A stretch of DNA of 64,000 bases, taken from the NCBI GenBank assembly GCA_007134675.1, contig SLKJ01000012.1:6513-70512 (forward strand), given 5' to 3'. The position numbers and the translations under genes were made by a program. This document shows, in pieces, positions 7,401-16,484 of this stretch. Source of the DNA: Bacteroidales bacterium (GTDB lineage: Bacteria > Bacteroidota > Bacteroidia > Bacteroidales > PUMT01). The notes beneath the pieces are model-generated. The model was not told the DNA's origin. It ran no database searches and worked only from the letters and a program-made list of their open reading frames with translations. Position 1 is the first letter of the stretch. The number at the start of each line of letters is the position of its first letter.

Positions 7401-10251
7401 GCTCGTAACCGTCTCTCCTTCCCTTTTCCGTTGCGGGGATGCCATGCACCATCCATGAGGGCGGGGGACTGCCCTTGAGGTAATGGTCAAAAAACTGGTA
7501 CATCCTTACCGACAGGTCCATCATGTTGGGGCGCCTTCTCAGATTATGGCCCTCATCATTGTAACTGAGCATCCATACCGGCTGCCCAAGACGGCGAAGT
7601 GCCATGTAAAACTCAATGCCCTGGTACCAGGGCACGGCACCGTCCCTGTCATTGTGCATCATAAGAAGGGGTGTACTGACATTGTCGGCGAAGAAGATGG
7701 GTGAGTTCTCCAGGTAGCGGTGCGTCATCTTCCAGAGAGTACCACCAATACGGCTCTGCGTCTCCTCATACTGGTATATCCTGCTCAATCCGGTAGCCCA
7801 GCGTATTCCTCCGTAGGCGCTGATCATATTTGTTACCGGTGCCCCTGCCATGGCGGCCCTGAACAGGTCAGTCTGCGTTATCAGCCATGCTATCTGGTAA
7901 CCGGCCCAGCTCTGCCCCTGGATGCCGACATTGTGAGGGTCGATAAAGTCATGCTTCCCGATCATAGCCTTCGTACCGCTCACAATTGAATTGTACGCGC
8001 TTTGTCCGGGATAACCGACCGTATAGGGTATGTCAGGCACGAACACAACGTAATCGTTGCTGACGCAGTAGGAGATGTTGATGACTGAACGGCTGGGCGT
8101 GGGTACATAGTGTACATGAAGGTTATCTGACCCGCGCTCGTAGAAATAGACGATCATCGGATACTGCCTGCCTGGCTCCAGATGTTCGGGTGTATAGAGG
8201 ATACCCTGAAGTGAGTCGCCGGCGAACGATACCCATTCCACCTGTTGCGACCTGCCCCACCTGTACCTGCCCTGCTGCGGATTGGCACGGGAGATCTTTT
8301 CTGCTCTGCGGAAATTCATGTTGCTTACCCACAGGTCGGGAAACTCCCTGAAGGTGCTTCTTCGCCAGATGATAACATTAGCATCTGCTGCTTTCTGCGG
8401 GGGGAAATAACGTGCATCTTCCATCACGAGTTCTGAGGGGTTGCCGGGGCGGTGCATGCGCACGGTGTAAAAGCCGCTCTGCCTGGTGCAGGTATGAAAG
8501 GCTGAAAGCATTATCCTCTCACGTGCTCCGGGGCTCTTTCTTTCGGGGTCGGGGTTTATGTAACGGAACCGTATGTTGTTCGACCTTCCGTATCCGTTGG
8601 TGAGGTTTACCGGCTCTTCAATGCCTTCGGGATCGACTTTCCAGATATCGAAGCGGTCGTAGATAAGCACATACCTGTCTCCTTCTGTCCACGTACCCAC
8701 CCCATAGGGCCCGGGTGCGCCGGGCTGGTCATGCAGTTCGTTGTAAAGGGGCCGGGGTATGCCGGCCGTGATGTTCAGGCTGTTAACGCCGTCTGCGGCA
8801 GTCTTCCTGCTCCCGGTTCCCTCCGGGCCCTGATCATGATCGTTTAACCTGGCGGGCATGGTATGCCAGTTGCTGTCCGCCTGGCTGTACCACAGAAGGT
8901 ATTTCCCTTCCGGGGAAAGGCGGGCATCCCCAAGCTCGGAGCGGTGGGTTGAACCGCGGTGCTTCTCCAGCACCCTGGTGCGCTCGCCCGTGGTTATGTT
9001 AACAAGGTAGATGTCTGCATAGTTGCCCGATTCAAACGAGTTCTGTATCAGGTAAGGTACTGTTGAGGTGCCAAGAGCCACCCCTGAGTCGCCGCCCTGA
9101 AGGGTGGTAACTTCAGGCATTTCAGGGCAGGCCAGCTGTACCACTCTGTGTTCGTCTGCATAGTATACGGCCGTGTATGTCCTTCTCTGTTCACTGCGCA
9201 GCTCAACAAGCTGCTGTGGCTGGATAAGCGGATCGCGGTAGTGCCATATATCCAGCTTGTGCTTCTCCTCATCCAGAAGGGTGTCTTTGGGTTCGGGCAG
9301 TGGTTTTTCTGCCGCGCCGAAATAGAGCCTGTCGCTGTCATCTGCGAAAGAGATAGTGCCATGCTCACTTGCGCTCCAGCCTTCGCGCATACCCGGGGTC
9401 GTGGATGTGACTGCCGGGAATGCCGAGCGTGTACCCTCCAGCCAGTACCATAGTTCGTAAATTTTGGGGTTCCCCTGGCCCTCCCGGGCGAAGAGGAATG
9501 CTGCCCGGGACCCGTCGCTGTTGGTTATGAGCGGCCCTGCCTTGCCCTGAGCTTCAAATATCATTGTGGTTGTGCGGGTTATGGTGTTGAAAACCATTAC
9601 CGAGGAGTCGCTGCTGAAAATTACCAGTGTGCCGTTCCTGGAGAGGCTGTATTGATCTATGTTGGCGAATTCGTACTTTTCCCCGGTAACGGGATTAAAA
9701 ACCACCATGATTGTACCGGTAGTGTTCTCCTCCCCCTCATCCCTGGAACTGCCTGTTCTCCCCCGTCCCGGTGATGTCGTGCTTCCCTTGATAAGATATA
9801 CCATCCATGAAGATTCTTCTTTTGGTAATGCAAATGTTCCGGTTCTTCCCATCCTGCTGTTGGAGGCGTTGGCGAAAACATAAATACCCACCGAATCCTC
9901 AGGCATCTGTTCGGCACTGAGACCATCAACTTTGGCCTGGCGGGTAATAGCTTTCGGGGGACTGATATAGAAGGCCATGTAGTTGGAATTTGGTGAGAAT
10001 TCAGCCCTGGTGCCCCTGGAAATGGAGTCGAGAGAGTTGTTACGTATATCCTTCAGGTAAAGCCACCCATCACCATGCTGGGGATTGACTTCCCAGGTCA
10101 CCCATCTGCCGTCGGGTGATATCTGCGGCCTTAATAAACTGTTCCAGCTGTCATATACATCATGTGTCAGCGGGATCTTATCCGTTTGCAAGGCCGAAAG
10201 GGTTGCAAAGGCAAGGTTAAGGACCAGTATTGAGAGAATTTTCTTTTGCAT
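7390..10251 (-). CDS. S9-family serine peptidase (prolyl oligopeptidase/DPP-like) with long N-terminal propeller region
   Basis: 953 aa with a signal peptide. The C-terminal alpha/beta-hydrolase part has the nucleophile elbow GIQGQSWAGYQ and a distal NDRDGAV ... NDEGHNL (Asp/His) arrangement. The N-terminal region has repeated beta-rich PD40-like segments (SPDGRWVTWE, SPEGKYLLWY). Confidence 0.75.
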   Translation of the reverse strand: MQKKILSILVLNLAFATLSALQTDKIPLTHDVYDSWNSLLRPQISPDGRWVTWEVNPQHGDGWLYLKDIRNNSLDSISRGTRAEFSPNSNYMAFYISPPKAITRQAKVDGLSAEQMPEDSVGIYVFANASNSRMGRTGTFALPKEESSWMVYLIKGSTTSPGRGRTGSSRDEGEENTTGTIMVVFNPVTGEKYEFANIDQYSLSRNGTLVIFSSDSSVMVFNTITRTTTMIFEAQGKAGPLITNSDGSRAAFLFAREGQGNPKIYELWYWLEGTRSAFPAVTSTTPGMREGWSASEHGTISFADDSDRLYFGAAEKPLPEPKDTLLDEEKHKLDIWHYRDPLIQPQQLVELRSEQRRTYTAVYYADEHRVVQLACPEMPEVTTLQGGDSGVALGTSTVPYLIQNSFESGNYADIYLVNITTGERTRVLEKHRGSTHRSELGDARLSPEGKYLLWYSQADSNWHTMPARLNDHDQGPEGTGSRKTAADGVNSLNITAGIPRPLYNELHDQPGAPGPYGVGTWTEGDRYVLIYDRFDIWKVDPEGIEEPVNLTNGYGRSNNIRFRYINPDPERKSPGARERIMLSAFHTCTRQSGFYTVRMHRPGNPSELVMEDARYFPPQKAADANVIIWRRSTFREFPDLWVSNMNFRRAEKISRANPQQGRYRWGRSQQVEWVSFAGDSLQGILYTPEHLEPGRQYPMIVYFYERGSDNLHVHYVPTPSRSVINISYCVSNDYVVFVPDIPYTVGYPGQSAYNSIVSGTKAMIGKHDFIDPHNVGIQGQSWAGYQIAWLITQTDLFRAAMAGAPVTNMISAYGGIRWATGLSRIYQYEETQSRIGGTLWKMTHRYLENSPIFFADNVSTPLLMMHNDRDGAVPWYQGIEFYMALRRLGQPVWMLSYNDEGHNLRRRPNMMDLSVRMYQFFDHYLKGSPPPSWMVHGIPATEKGRRDGYELEE

Positions 10252-10537
10252 CTGCCTGAATTATTTGCTGTTATATTTGATGCAGCTCGTGAGAACGGTG
10301 GTAAATTATGTCAGATCTTTTCAAAGTCTTAATCATTCCGAAAGATAATAAAACGAATCAGTTTTTGATCTATTATTGTCCCTTCAAAGGTCATACTACC
10401 GGCCGGGTTATTATATGAAAGACATGAATTATACATCAGGTTAACAATTCAAAGAGAACTGAATAGCGGATGTTTAATTGACGAAAGTCAAATTTTTTCA
10501 TCTTGTCTTTGTGTATTTTAGGCTGAAAAAATTCATG

Positions 10538-10545
10538 TATATTTG
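10538..10545 (+). promoter_or_regulatory. Candidate Bacteroidota -7 promoter box TATATTTG
   Basis: Exact match to the TAnnTTTG consensus, 35 nt upstream of the ATG at 10581. No well-spaced -33 TTTG was found. Confidence 0.3.
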
Positions 10546-10580
10546 ACCTCGAATATTTTAACTAACAATATCAAATTATT

Positions 10581-11633
10581 ATGAGTTCAAATATTTTCAG
10601 ATTTTTACTGATAGCGGTACTTGTACCGCTTTTCTCCTGTCATGGTCAGGACGGCAGGTATTTACGGGCTGACAGCGATGCAGACATTAATGATTTTTTG
10701 GGTCACTGGACTATTGATGTAGATAGAGGTTCAGCAGTTGGCTGGCTGGCTGTAACACTGGAAGATGGATACATTGATGCCGAACTTCTCTGGCGGGGAG
10801 GCAGCGTATTGCCTGTCGCACACGTTTTTATGCCCGGTGATGGTATACTCCATGTTTCCCGGACATCCCCCCGCAGAAGAGCTCCGGCTGCAGAAGGCGA
10901 TGAGCCAAGGGTACATACGGTGACAAACTGGATGGAGGCCAGGACTGACGGTGAGAAGATATTCGGCTGGTTTCTTCAGCCCAGGGCAGCAGGTATAGGT
11001 TTAGATTCAACATGGTTTGAAGGTGTCAGGCTGCCTGATGTTCCTCCCGCCCCTGACCTTTCAGCCCTTGAGTTCGGCAATCCGGTCGAGCTGTTTAACG
11101 GGGTAGATCTCACCGGATGGGAACTGATTGAAAAAAATGCGGTTAACGGCTGGAAGGCAGTTAACGGGGTCCTTGTGAATGATGCACGGCAGACACCCGG
11201 CGAGCCCCGTATCCGCTACGGAAACCTTCGTACTGTTGAGGAGTTTGAGGATTTCAACCTCTCCCTCGAGGTCAATGTCCCTGAAGGCAGCAACTCGGGG
11301 GTCTATCTGAGGGGCATGTTTGAAGTACAGGTACTCGATTCTTACGGCAGTGAGCCAAGTGACCAAAATATGGGAGCGCTCTACAGCCGCATTACCCCTA
11401 TGGTTGCTGCAGAAAAGCCTGCCGGTGAGTGGCAGACAATGGATATGACTTTGGCGGACAGGCACCTGACGGTGGTGCTCAACGGAACAACGATAATTGA
11501 TAACCAGCCTGTCTACGGACCCACGGGAGGTGCCCTGCAACCGGATGTTTTTGCACCGGGTCCGGTTTTTTTACAGGGTGATCACGGACCGGTTTCGTTT
11601 CGGAATATGGTACTCAGACCTGTTGTCAGGTAA
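10581..11633 (+). CDS. Secreted DUF1080 (3-keto-disaccharide hydrolase-like) domain protein
   Basis: 350 aa with a signal peptide. The C-terminal half starts ELFNGVDLTGWEL and ends VFLQGDHGPVSFRNMVLRP, the typical DUF1080 beginning and end. Confidence 0.6.
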   Translation: MSSNIFRFLLIAVLVPLFSCHGQDGRYLRADSDADINDFLGHWTIDVDRGSAVGWLAVTLEDGYIDAELLWRGGSVLPVAHVFMPGDGILHVSRTSPRRRAPAAEGDEPRVHTVTNWMEARTDGEKIFGWFLQPRAAGIGLDSTWFEGVRLPDVPPAPDLSALEFGNPVELFNGVDLTGWELIEKNAVNGWKAVNGVLVNDARQTPGEPRIRYGNLRTVEEFEDFNLSLEVNVPEGSNSGVYLRGMFEVQVLDSYGSEPSDQNMGALYSRITPMVAAEKPAGEWQTMDMTLADRHLTVVLNGTTIIDNQPVYGPTGGALQPDVFAPGPVFLQGDHGPVSFRNMVLRPVVR

Positions 11634-11673
11634 TAATTGAAAATTGGGCCCACAGAGAACTATCCAACAGAAT

Positions 11674-12546
11674 ATGTCTGATATGTATGTAATGGAAAAG
11701 GCTGAAATGGTCCGTTTGATGGATGTTGCATCCACAGCGGCAGTTGAAGCGGGAGCAGTCATCATGGAGGTTTATGCTGGTGATGATTTGGGCGTAAGGA
11801 AAAAGCCCGATGACTCTCCCGTTACAATGGCTGACCTGCGGGCTGATGCCATAATTGCAGAGAGGCTGGGTGAAACGGGCCTTCCTCTGCTCAGCGAAGA
11901 GGGCAGGTTTATACCTTTCGGCGAAAGGAAAGACTGGCGGATTTTCTGGCTTGTTGATCCGCTTGATGGTACCAAAGAGTTTATAAACCGCAACGGAGAG
12001 TTCACTGTGAACATCGCACTGGTACGGGATGGTAAGCCGGTGGCAGGAGTAGTGTATGCTCCGGAGATCGATGTTCTTTATACTGGTATGGTGGGTGTGG
12101 GTGCATGGAGGGTCGATGGAGCCTCCGGTCATGTTGGAATGCCCCTGCCCGAAAGTGCTGTTGCCCTTCCCTGCATCAGCAGAGATAGTTACGGAATTGC
12201 TGCCAGCCGCTCTTCCCCCGACGAGCTTACCAGCGCCTTTATTGAAGAATTCTGCAGAGTCTACAGAGATACCCGCATTATCATCCGGGGCAGTTCACTG
12301 AAGCTTTGTATGCTGGCCGAGGGGGAAGCGGACTTATATCCGAGGTTCAGGGACATTTCTGAATGGGACACCGCTGCGGGACATGCCATAGTGCTGGCCT
12401 CCGGCGGACGTGTTGTGGAGGCATTACGGACCGGCATGGAGCTTTCCTACAATAAGGAGCCCTGCCGCAACCCCTGGTTCATGGCTTTTCGTGATCAGGG
12501 ACTGCTGGAGGCGGTCAAAGGGCTGATCCCCTCAAGGCACCCGTAA
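11674..12546 (+). CDS. cysQ: 3'(2'),5'-bisphosphate nucleotidase (inositol monophosphatase family)
   Basis: The ORF track starts at 11644 (TTG); the first ATG is at 11674. Motifs are PVTMADL, LSEEG, WLVDPLDGTKEF and WDTAAGHAI. Confidence 0.7.
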   Translation: MSDMYVMEKAEMVRLMDVASTAAVEAGAVIMEVYAGDDLGVRKKPDDSPVTMADLRADAIIAERLGETGLPLLSEEGRFIPFGERKDWRIFWLVDPLDGTKEFINRNGEFTVNIALVRDGKPVAGVVYAPEIDVLYTGMVGVGAWRVDGASGHVGMPLPESAVALPCISRDSYGIAASRSSPDELTSAFIEEFCRVYRDTRIIIRGSSLKLCMLAEGEADLYPRFRDISEWDTAAGHAIVLASGGRVVEALRTGMELSYNKEPCRNPWFMAFRDQGLLEAVKGLIPSRHP

Positions 12547-12563
12547 GCTATTATATTTACCGT

Positions 12564-13655
12564 ATGCGCATATATGTTGATATAGCTCACCCTGCACATG
12601 CTCATGCACTCCGGTTTTTTGTAGTTGAGATGAAAGCGCGGGGGCATGAGATACTGGTCTCGGCACGCGACAAGGATATTACGCTCAACCTGCTCCACGC
12701 ATGGGGTATTTCCTGTATAAACAGGGGCAAGGGCAACACTGCTTCCGGCCCTTTTTACAAAACCACAGGGCCTTTAAAATGGTTGACAGGAATTGTCTCA
12801 CTATCGGGGAAATTTTTATCAATGTTGCGGGTTATCATAAAATTATTCCCTCTGGTAAAAAAGTTCAGCCCTGATCTTGTTATCAGCTATTCATCATATC
12901 ATGCAGCGCTGGCGGGGCAGCTGCTGGGCAGACCGGTGATAACCTTCGAGGATACCGAAAATGTGCCCCTGCTGCATATGGTTAACCGGTTTCTCTCTTT
13001 CCGGATGGTAACCCCCGTATGCTTTGAAAAAGACTTCGGGAAGAAGCATATCCGCTTTAACGGCTACAAGGAGCTTGCAAGCCTTTACCCCGCCCGGTTC
13101 AAACCTCTGCCTCTTCCTGAAGAATTTAAGGTGCCCTATATCGTTATGCGCCTTGTCTCCTGGAGCGCCTGGCATGACAGAGGCCACAAGGGGATCAGCG
13201 ACAGGATGAAAATTGCCGTCGCCGGGCGGCTGTCCACCTTCGGAAGGGTGTTTATCTCCTCGGAGGTCCCTCTTGAAGGGCCACTGAGAAAGTATGAAAT
13301 GAATATTGAAAGCAGGTTTGGCCATTCAGTACTAGCCGGTGCCCGGCTTTTTTTTGGCGAAAGTGCCTCAATGGCCGCCGAAGCTGCAGTGCTGGGGGTC
13401 CCGGCATTTTACATTGATAATGTCGGGAGGGGGTATACCAGAGACCTGGAGAGAGAGCACGGACTCCTTTTTAATTTCGGCGAAGATGACGCTGCAGTTG
13501 GGCTAGCTCTTGACAAAGCTGTCGCTCTGCTTCAGAAGCCTGATCTTCATAATGAATGGCAGCAGAAACGCACCAGGATGATGGAGGGAAAGACAGATGT
13601 CACGGCAATGATGGTGGAGATGGCAGAAAAGTTTGCCGCTGGCTTTAAAAGATGA
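12564..13655 (+). CDS. DUF354-family protein (GT-B/epimerase-like fold, function unknown)
   Basis: 363 aa. The N-terminus MRIYVDIAHPAHAHALRFFVVEMKARGHEILVSARDKDIT matches my recollection of the DUF354 start motif. Confidence 0.5.
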   Translation: MRIYVDIAHPAHAHALRFFVVEMKARGHEILVSARDKDITLNLLHAWGISCINRGKGNTASGPFYKTTGPLKWLTGIVSLSGKFLSMLRVIIKLFPLVKKFSPDLVISYSSYHAALAGQLLGRPVITFEDTENVPLLHMVNRFLSFRMVTPVCFEKDFGKKHIRFNGYKELASLYPARFKPLPLPEEFKVPYIVMRLVSWSAWHDRGHKGISDRMKIAVAGRLSTFGRVFISSEVPLEGPLRKYEMNIESRFGHSVLAGARLFFGESASMAAEAAVLGVPAFYIDNVGRGYTRDLEREHGLLFNFGEDDAAVGLALDKAVALLQKPDLHNEWQQKRTRMMEGKTDVTAMMVEMAEKFAAGFKR

Positions 13656-13714
13656 CCCGGCTTACAGTTAATTTAAAATAATATATAGATTCAGGGTTTG
13701 GGTGATTCTAAAAC

Positions 13715-14848
13715 TCAATGCCTCTTCCTTACTATTTTCCGTACTCCAAGGTTCCGTCTGTACCAGTCCGGATCTCTGAGCCGGACCTTCACATAGAGCC
13801 TGTAATTTTTATCAAAGAGGCTGCGAACAGGTATACTCACGTAGAGCCGCCAGGCTCTAAGAAGACCATAAATGATCCTGCCTGTTCGGGGACTGTCCAT
13901 GGCGATCTTATGCCGCCGGAGATATGTGCTCCCTTTTCTGCTTATTTCCGGGGGTAAATCACTGTCAAGGCCGAATATGCGGTGAAGGAGGCACAGGTAG
14001 GCAGTGGCTTCTCGCCGGTAAGGGGAAAAGGTGGAGAGGATCTTTGCTGCATCTTCACGTTCCGAAAGCAGCATCAGGTCGTATAGATCCCTTAGTGAAG
14101 GACGTGCATGGTGGTGCCCCCAGTGGACAAGCTGGGAGTGGATAAAGTTAAGCCTTATCTTGTTTGCATCAGACATTACCATGTAACCGGGATTATCTGT
14201 TGCTGAACGGGTTTCACTGATGGCTGTCTTATAATTGAAGAGGTCTTCGTACTGAATATTTACGGGCATCCGGTGAATGTCAACAAACGCCGGAAGCCCC
14301 TCCTTTACAAGCTCGGGGAAATGTTTCATTGCCTTTTTACGCTTCGGGTCATATTGCTGCGCGCTGGTGAATCCATCGTCAATAAGCAGGCGGGCTGCTT
14401 CTTCCATATGTTCAGGGTCTGCAAGTATGTCAATGTCCAGCATCATCCTCTCCCCCGGGGAGGAGTAGAGCCCGTCAAGTATATTTCCCAGCCCTTTCAT
14501 GAAAACCGGTGTGATGTTATGTGATTTGAGAAGGTCGTTAATCCTGGAGGTATGGTCAAGAATTATATTGTTTCTCTCCAGATTCAATTCATAGAGTTCT
14601 TTGAGATGATCTGTAAGCTCAGCCGGCAGATAATCAGTCAGTTCGTTTTGTAAAAATTTAAGATAGAGTGCCTGCAGCACGTAGTTGTTGCTGCCGGTAA
14701 AGACAACCCCGTTCCAGTCCACTTCCCCTGATTCAATGATACTGATTATCTTTTCCCTGTCCTGCTGCAGTTCCTCCTCCCCTCTGGAAGCCCTGTGCCC
14801 CAAGGCCAGAACGCTGGCTATGAACTGGTATGTTTGGCTGGCATTCAA
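13715..14848 (-). CDS. Uncharacterised nucleotidyltransferase (NTP_transf_5-like)
   Basis: 377 aa. The central motif PGERMMLDIDILADPEHMEEAARLLIDDGF resembles the DxD-containing core of the uncharacterised nucleotidyltransferase family seen beside HPr-kinase-like and PqqD-like genes. Confidence 0.5.
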   Translation of the reverse strand: MNASQTYQFIASVLALGHRASRGEEELQQDREKIISIIESGEVDWNGVVFTGSNNYVLQALYLKFLQNELTDYLPAELTDHLKELYELNLERNNIILDHTSRINDLLKSHNITPVFMKGLGNILDGLYSSPGERMMLDIDILADPEHMEEAARLLIDDGFTSAQQYDPKRKKAMKHFPELVKEGLPAFVDIHRMPVNIQYEDLFNYKTAISETRSATDNPGYMVMSDANKIRLNFIHSQLVHWGHHHARPSLRDLYDLMLLSEREDAAKILSTFSPYRREATAYLCLLHRIFGLDSDLPPEISRKGSTYLRRHKIAMDSPRTGRIIYGLLRAWRLYVSIPVRSLFDKNYRLYVKVRLRDPDWYRRNLGVRKIVRKRH

Positions 14849-14906
14849 AATAATCGGCGATTACCCGTATCTTGTGTAAAGGTACAATATTTTGAGAATT
14901 TAAATC

Positions 14907-16304
14907 CTATTCAAGCAGATTGCGGATGACTTGCACCGCTTTGCGGCTGTCAGTATATTCAAGCCTGTGACAATCAAGCGTTGCGAACCAGTCTATGAAC
15001 CTCCGGGCATGGACCGGGTTTTGCGAAACCCATGCCTCTTCATGAAACGCTGCAAGTGCGCTGAGGGTGTCAAGTTTACTTAACCGGAAAGTTACGCCGG
15101 GATTGTACTTTATGAAAATTATGTTTTTAACAGGTTGGGCACCGTAAGGATTTTTTTCCGGAAGTCTCGGGCAGAGAAATCTCGCCTTGCTGCCGGCTGG
15201 TTCTATGTAATTGGCATCGGCATCGCGACTGGTATCATAGTAGTGTTTAATCGCATCGAAGGAGCCTTCCTTGACGTTAATGGCAGCCGGGAACGGGTAT
15301 GCCTTTGCGCTTTCTGCGGCTATGGCTGTAAAATCGTCCGACATGAAGAACAGATCGTTGCGGCTGCCGTATATTGATTTATCCGGCGGTAGCTGCAGCA
15401 AAGCTGTAATGGTGCTTTTCCCCGATCCGCTTGCCGAAGGCAGGAGTAACGCTTCCCTGCCGTTGGTCAGCGCTGAGGCATGGATAAATGACATCCATAC
15501 CTCTTCGGGAATCCCGTAAATATAGCTTGTGATAGTGGTATAGAGCCGGTGTTTCAATAAACCCGATTCTTCAAACCGGAAGCTCCGGGAGCTGCCCCCG
15601 GGGAGTGCTTCTGATTGCAGGTAGTAACATCTGGCATTAACGCTTCCGGTCTTTTTGCTGCCTGCTGCCTGACTGCCTTTAGCTTTACTTCCGGACTTTG
15701 TGCCGTCTGCTGCATTGCTGACTGCTGCATTGCTGACTGTTGCATTGCTGACTGTTGCATTGCTGTCTGTTCCTCCTTCACCTGTCTTCTTTGCAAAAAG
15801 TCTTATGCGAAGGTTTTCTTCTGCCGGCTTCCTGTGGGTTTCAAGGTGGGCAAAGGGGCGGTGTATGTAGAACTCCAGATATGGTGTCCCGTAGTCTATA
15901 GTGATATGCTTTTGGTTGATAAGGTAGTGCCGGGTAACATAGCGGCGATTGCCGGGCGTGAAAGTATGGTTATCCAAACCGGTGCATTCCGTTTCATGCT
16001 CCCTTCCCGGGTTAGAGCTCACGGAGGGGCTTACAGCAAGCTTTATGCCGTTTGTGACCTCTCTTAAGAACCGCAGCGCTTCTTTCTGAGGCAGTCCGTA
16101 TCTTCGGACAAGTTGATCCTTCAGGGACTGCTCATTCTGACCGTTTTCAATTCTTTTGTAAATGAACCAGGCCGGTTCTTTGAATTCCATCCAGCGGTTG
16201 CTCTCCGGAAACCAGATAACATGGCTGCTGCCTATCTTTTTTATGACCCTTTCCCCGGCTCTCTCTTTTATCATATCCGGAATATTAAGGGTAAAAATAT
16301 ACAT
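14907..16304 (-). CDS. Fusion protein: N-terminal PqqD-like (RRE-type) domain + low-complexity linker + C-terminal HPr-kinase-like P-loop domain
   Basis: 465 aa. Residues ~20-90 (VIKKIGSSHVIWFPESNRWMEFKEPAWFIYKRIENGQNEQSLKDQLVRRYGLPQKEALRFLREVTNGI) follow the PqqD strand-strand-strand-then-helices pattern. The C-terminal part has HASALTNGREALLLPSASGSGKSTITALL (Walker-A as in the HprK C-terminal domain). The linker contains a (SNA[TA]V)4 repeat. Confidence 0.55.
   Translation of the reverse strand: MYIFTLNIPDMIKERAGERVIKKIGSSHVIWFPESNRWMEFKEPAWFIYKRIENGQNEQSLKDQLVRRYGLPQKEALRFLREVTNGIKLAVSPSVSSNPGREHETECTGLDNHTFTPGNRRYVTRHYLINQKHITIDYGTPYLEFYIHRPFAHLETHRKPAEENLRIRLFAKKTGEGGTDSNATVSNATVSNAAVSNAADGTKSGSKAKGSQAAGSKKTGSVNARCYYLQSEALPGGSSRSFRFEESGLLKHRLYTTITSYIYGIPEEVWMSFIHASALTNGREALLLPSASGSGKSTITALLQLPPDKSIYGSRNDLFFMSDDFTAIAAESAKAYPFPAAINVKEGSFDAIKHYYDTSRDADANYIEPAGSKARFLCPRLPEKNPYGAQPVKNIIFIKYNPGVTFRLSKLDTLSALAAFHEEAWVSQNPVHARRFIDWFATLDCHRLEYTDSRKAVQVIRNLLE
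15711..15770 (-). repeat. 15-bp tandem repeat x4 (TGCATTGCTGACTG[CT]), in frame, encoding SNA(T/A)V pentapeptides
   Basis: Read directly. Units are 15711-25, 15726-40, 15741-55 and 15756-70, with 1-2 substitutions. Confidence 0.9.
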
Positions 16305-16484
16305 TAAATTTCAAATCAGGTTAATAATGTCTGAAACCAATTTTATTCTATTCCGTAAGATATCGAAGGTCGAATTATTTTTCCTGTCGGGGATATTCAT
16401 TATGTTGATAACATTGATAATAACTTTAGCTATGTTAATTGACATGGGGCCTGTTTTTTTCTTAGTTTTGAGTTACTATTAGAA

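Noticed and set aside
7119-7490. ORFs 7119..7478(+) and 7275..7490(-) across the wecB/peptidase junction
   Set aside because: They run through the ~34-bp direct repeats and overlap the ends of two well-supported genes. Their Pro/Ser/Arg-rich translations look like repeat artefacts.
11626-12132. 168-aa minus-strand ORF
   Set aside because: It is fully antisense to the cysQ-type gene, which has clear family motifs. Its Cys/His-rich composition has no domain pattern.
15554-16067. ORFs 15554..15796(-) and 15615..16067(+) with repetitive MQQSA / CCIADC translations
   Set aside because: These are alternative-frame or antisense readings of the 15-bp repeat and linker inside the RRE-kinase gene, and so are artefacts of the periodicity.
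13715-16400. Canonical lasso-peptide biosynthetic gene cluster
   Set aside because: PqqD-like, HPr-kinase-like and nucleotidyltransferase components are present. However, no asparagine-synthetase-like cyclase, transglutaminase-like leader protease or ABC exporter is adjacent, and the 29-aa upstream sORF lacks lasso core features. I kept it as a finding only as an atypical RRE-kinase module.
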